DNA of 40,933 nt from assembly GCA_963802945.1 (NCBI GenBank), contig CAWDKY010000012.1, positions 1 to 40,933 on the forward strand, in the 5' to 3' direction. Position numbers and translations under genes: made by a program. The stretch comes from an uncultured delta proteobacterium (GTDB taxonomy: Bacteria > Desulfobacterota > RBG-13-43-22). Under the pieces are notes generated by a model. The model was given only the letters and a program-made list of their open reading frames with translations, searched no databases and was not told where the DNA came from. Of this stretch, positions 39,203-40,933 are shown in pieces (positions within the stretch are counted from its first letter, which is position 1; each line of letters opens with the position of its first letter).

Positions 39203-40425
39203 CTAATCCAGGATCGCCGAATAAATAATGGTCTTTAACTGATTGCGAAAGTTAAAGGTGCCTTCCGGCATGAATTGGGTTAGAAAGATAACGATAAGGT
39301 TTTCCACAGGATCGATCCAGAAGGCCGTGCTGGCATACCCCCCCCAGTTATATTCACCAACGGAGCCGATTACCTGAGATTTTTCCGACCCCAGATGAAT
39401 TGCGAACCCCAGCCCAAACCCATTACCCTCGTTGGCAATCTGACTGAAGGTACTGACGGAAAGCTGGCTCAGATCCTGCCCATTGGGCAGATGATTCATG
39501 GTCATCAATTCAATGGTTTTACGCCCGAGTAACCGAGCGCCGTCCAGTTCCCCGCCGTTGAGCAGCATCTGACAGAAACGAAAATAATCCGCTGCCGTCG
39601 AAACCAGGCCTCCACCCCCGGAGAAGAAAGTCGGGAGTTTGGAGTAGGTGCTGTTGCCGGGATCATCAATTAATTGGAGGGTTTTATCCGGCCGTCGGCT
39701 GTAATTGGCTGCAAAACGCCTGATTTTTTCCGGCGGGACATAAAATGCTGTATCGACCATCTTAAGAGGATCAAAAATCTTTGTTTTCAAGTATTCATCA
39801 AAACGCATCCCCGACATCACTTCCACCAGATATCCGAGGACATCGGTTGAGACCGAGTAGTTCCACTTAGTTCCGGGTGAAAATTCCAGAGGCAGGAAGG
39901 CCAATTTTTCGATCATCTCCCGAAGCGTACCACCGCCGTCTAAGAACCCCAATATCGAGTTGGCGATAGGCGGCATCCACATTAGTCCTTTCCATAAAGG
40001 AATAGGTGAGCCCGGACATATGGGTCATTAGATCGCGAATGGTCATGGGTCTTTCAGGCCGGGAGGTCAGAAACAAAGGGTAGTTACCCGAACCATAGAC
40101 ACGAAGATTTTTCCATTCCGGAATGAACTTATCCACTGGATCGTTAAGCTGAAAATAGCCTTGTTCATAAAGCATCATCAAGGCCACGGAAGTGATCGGT
40201 TTGGTCATGGAATAAATGCGGAAGATCGTATCTTCGGTCATGATCTTGTTTCGTTCAATGTCCATCAAACCGAGGGGTGAAAGATAGGCCACCTGCCCAT
40301 GACGGGCCACTAGGGTGAGGGTCCCGGAAATTTTCTTGGGGTCCAATATACCGTTGTTTGAGGTGCTGGTCGATGCGGGCCAGCCGCTCACTTGACAGTC
40401 CGACTTCTTCAGGTTTTACGATCAT
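39203..40425 (-). CDS. Beta-lactamase-like serine hydrolase (two frameshifts, near 40345 and 39950)
   Basis: [15 protein letters not shown] start with an AGGAG RBS; FRIYSMTK (SxxK), [12 protein letters not shown] and WGG. Confidence 0.9.
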
Positions 40426-40494
40426 ATTTTAATACTCCTAATTTGTAAATTTATCTCTAACTTTTTATCATCTCGAGGTTTACAGCCTTTTCGT

Positions 40495-40585
40495 GTGATG
40501 CTGGATGCTGGATATTCATCTTTGTCCAATATCGGTTATCTAGGTTATCTAGTATCGGTTTTTGCTTTTATCCAGTATCGAGCAC
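40495..40585. repeat. Heptamer-repeat / inverted element
   Basis: gatgctg gatgctg gata ... tatccag tatcgag. Confidence 0.55.
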
Positions 40586-40590
40586 ATGGA

Positions 40591-40933
40591 TTAAATCAAT
40601 AAGGCCCCTCCATCCACTTGAAGGATGGTACCGGTAGTATAACTGCTTCTCATTAAATAGACAGCAGCTTCGGCCACATCTTCGGCTGTTCCAATCCTTT
40701 TAAGGGGGACCCTTTTGGCATAACCCTCGACGATGGCTTGGCGCTGATTTCCATAACTATTGAGCAATGGGGTATCAATCAAGCCGGCCCTTATGACATT
40801 AACTCTAATAGGGGCCAATTCCAGGGCCATAACCCGGGCAAAGGCTTCAATGGCTGCGACCGACGCCGATCCGACCGAAGAACCCTTGATGGCTCGTACG
40901 GCCGCATTTCCTGACATATAGGTAATGAGTCCG
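40591..40933 (-). CDS. SDR family oxidoreductase, C-terminal part (runs off the window)
   Basis: ALELAPIRVNVI..GLIDTP, PLKRIG.AEDVA and YTTG.ILQVDGG. Confidence 0.9.
   Translation of the reverse strand, partial: GLITYMSGNAAVRAIKGSSVGSASVAAIEAFARVMALELAPIRVNVIRAGLIDTPLLNSYGNQRQAIVEGYAKRVPLKRIGTAEDVAEAAVYLMRSSYTTGTILQVDGGALLI

Overview
About 38.4 kb (2480-40933) looks like a Deltaproteobacteria/Desulfobacterota-type chromosome. It is joined at about 2478 to 2.5 kb of a very indel-rich RHS/YD-repeat toxin gene, probably a chimeric or concatenated segment. Housekeeping blocks are ybaB-recR-ilvB-ilvN, tilS-ftsH-folP-cdaA-cdaR-glmM-coaX, and a selenium-associated desulfurase-yedF-DUF3343 trio. They surround a minus-strand accessory region (about 10-23.4 kb) with an acyl-CoA dehydrogenase, an Adc-family protein, an Agl23-like glycosyltransferase, uppP, tatA, a transglutaminase-like protein, a C-GCAxxG-C-C selenoprotein (UGA plus SECIS, truncated by the ORF caller), Usp, higBA and an ORF6N protein, plus many MITE, REP and RAYT remnants. 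The most notable signals are: (i) three CAATTTG-centred palindromes with variable arms, one inside the ORF6N coding sequence and two free-standing nearby; (ii) the hidden selenoprotein; (iii) a sigma54-driven leader of about 500 nt with a terminator ahead of a REC-PAS-GGDEF gene; (iv) a duplicated 16-nt box plus terminator flanking ORF6N; (v) a co-oriented dispersed repeat at accessory-module boundaries. Single-base frameshifts in several genes, including glmM, are most likely sequencing indels. No rRNA, tRNA or CRISPR array was seen. All family calls come from motif recognition, not database searches.
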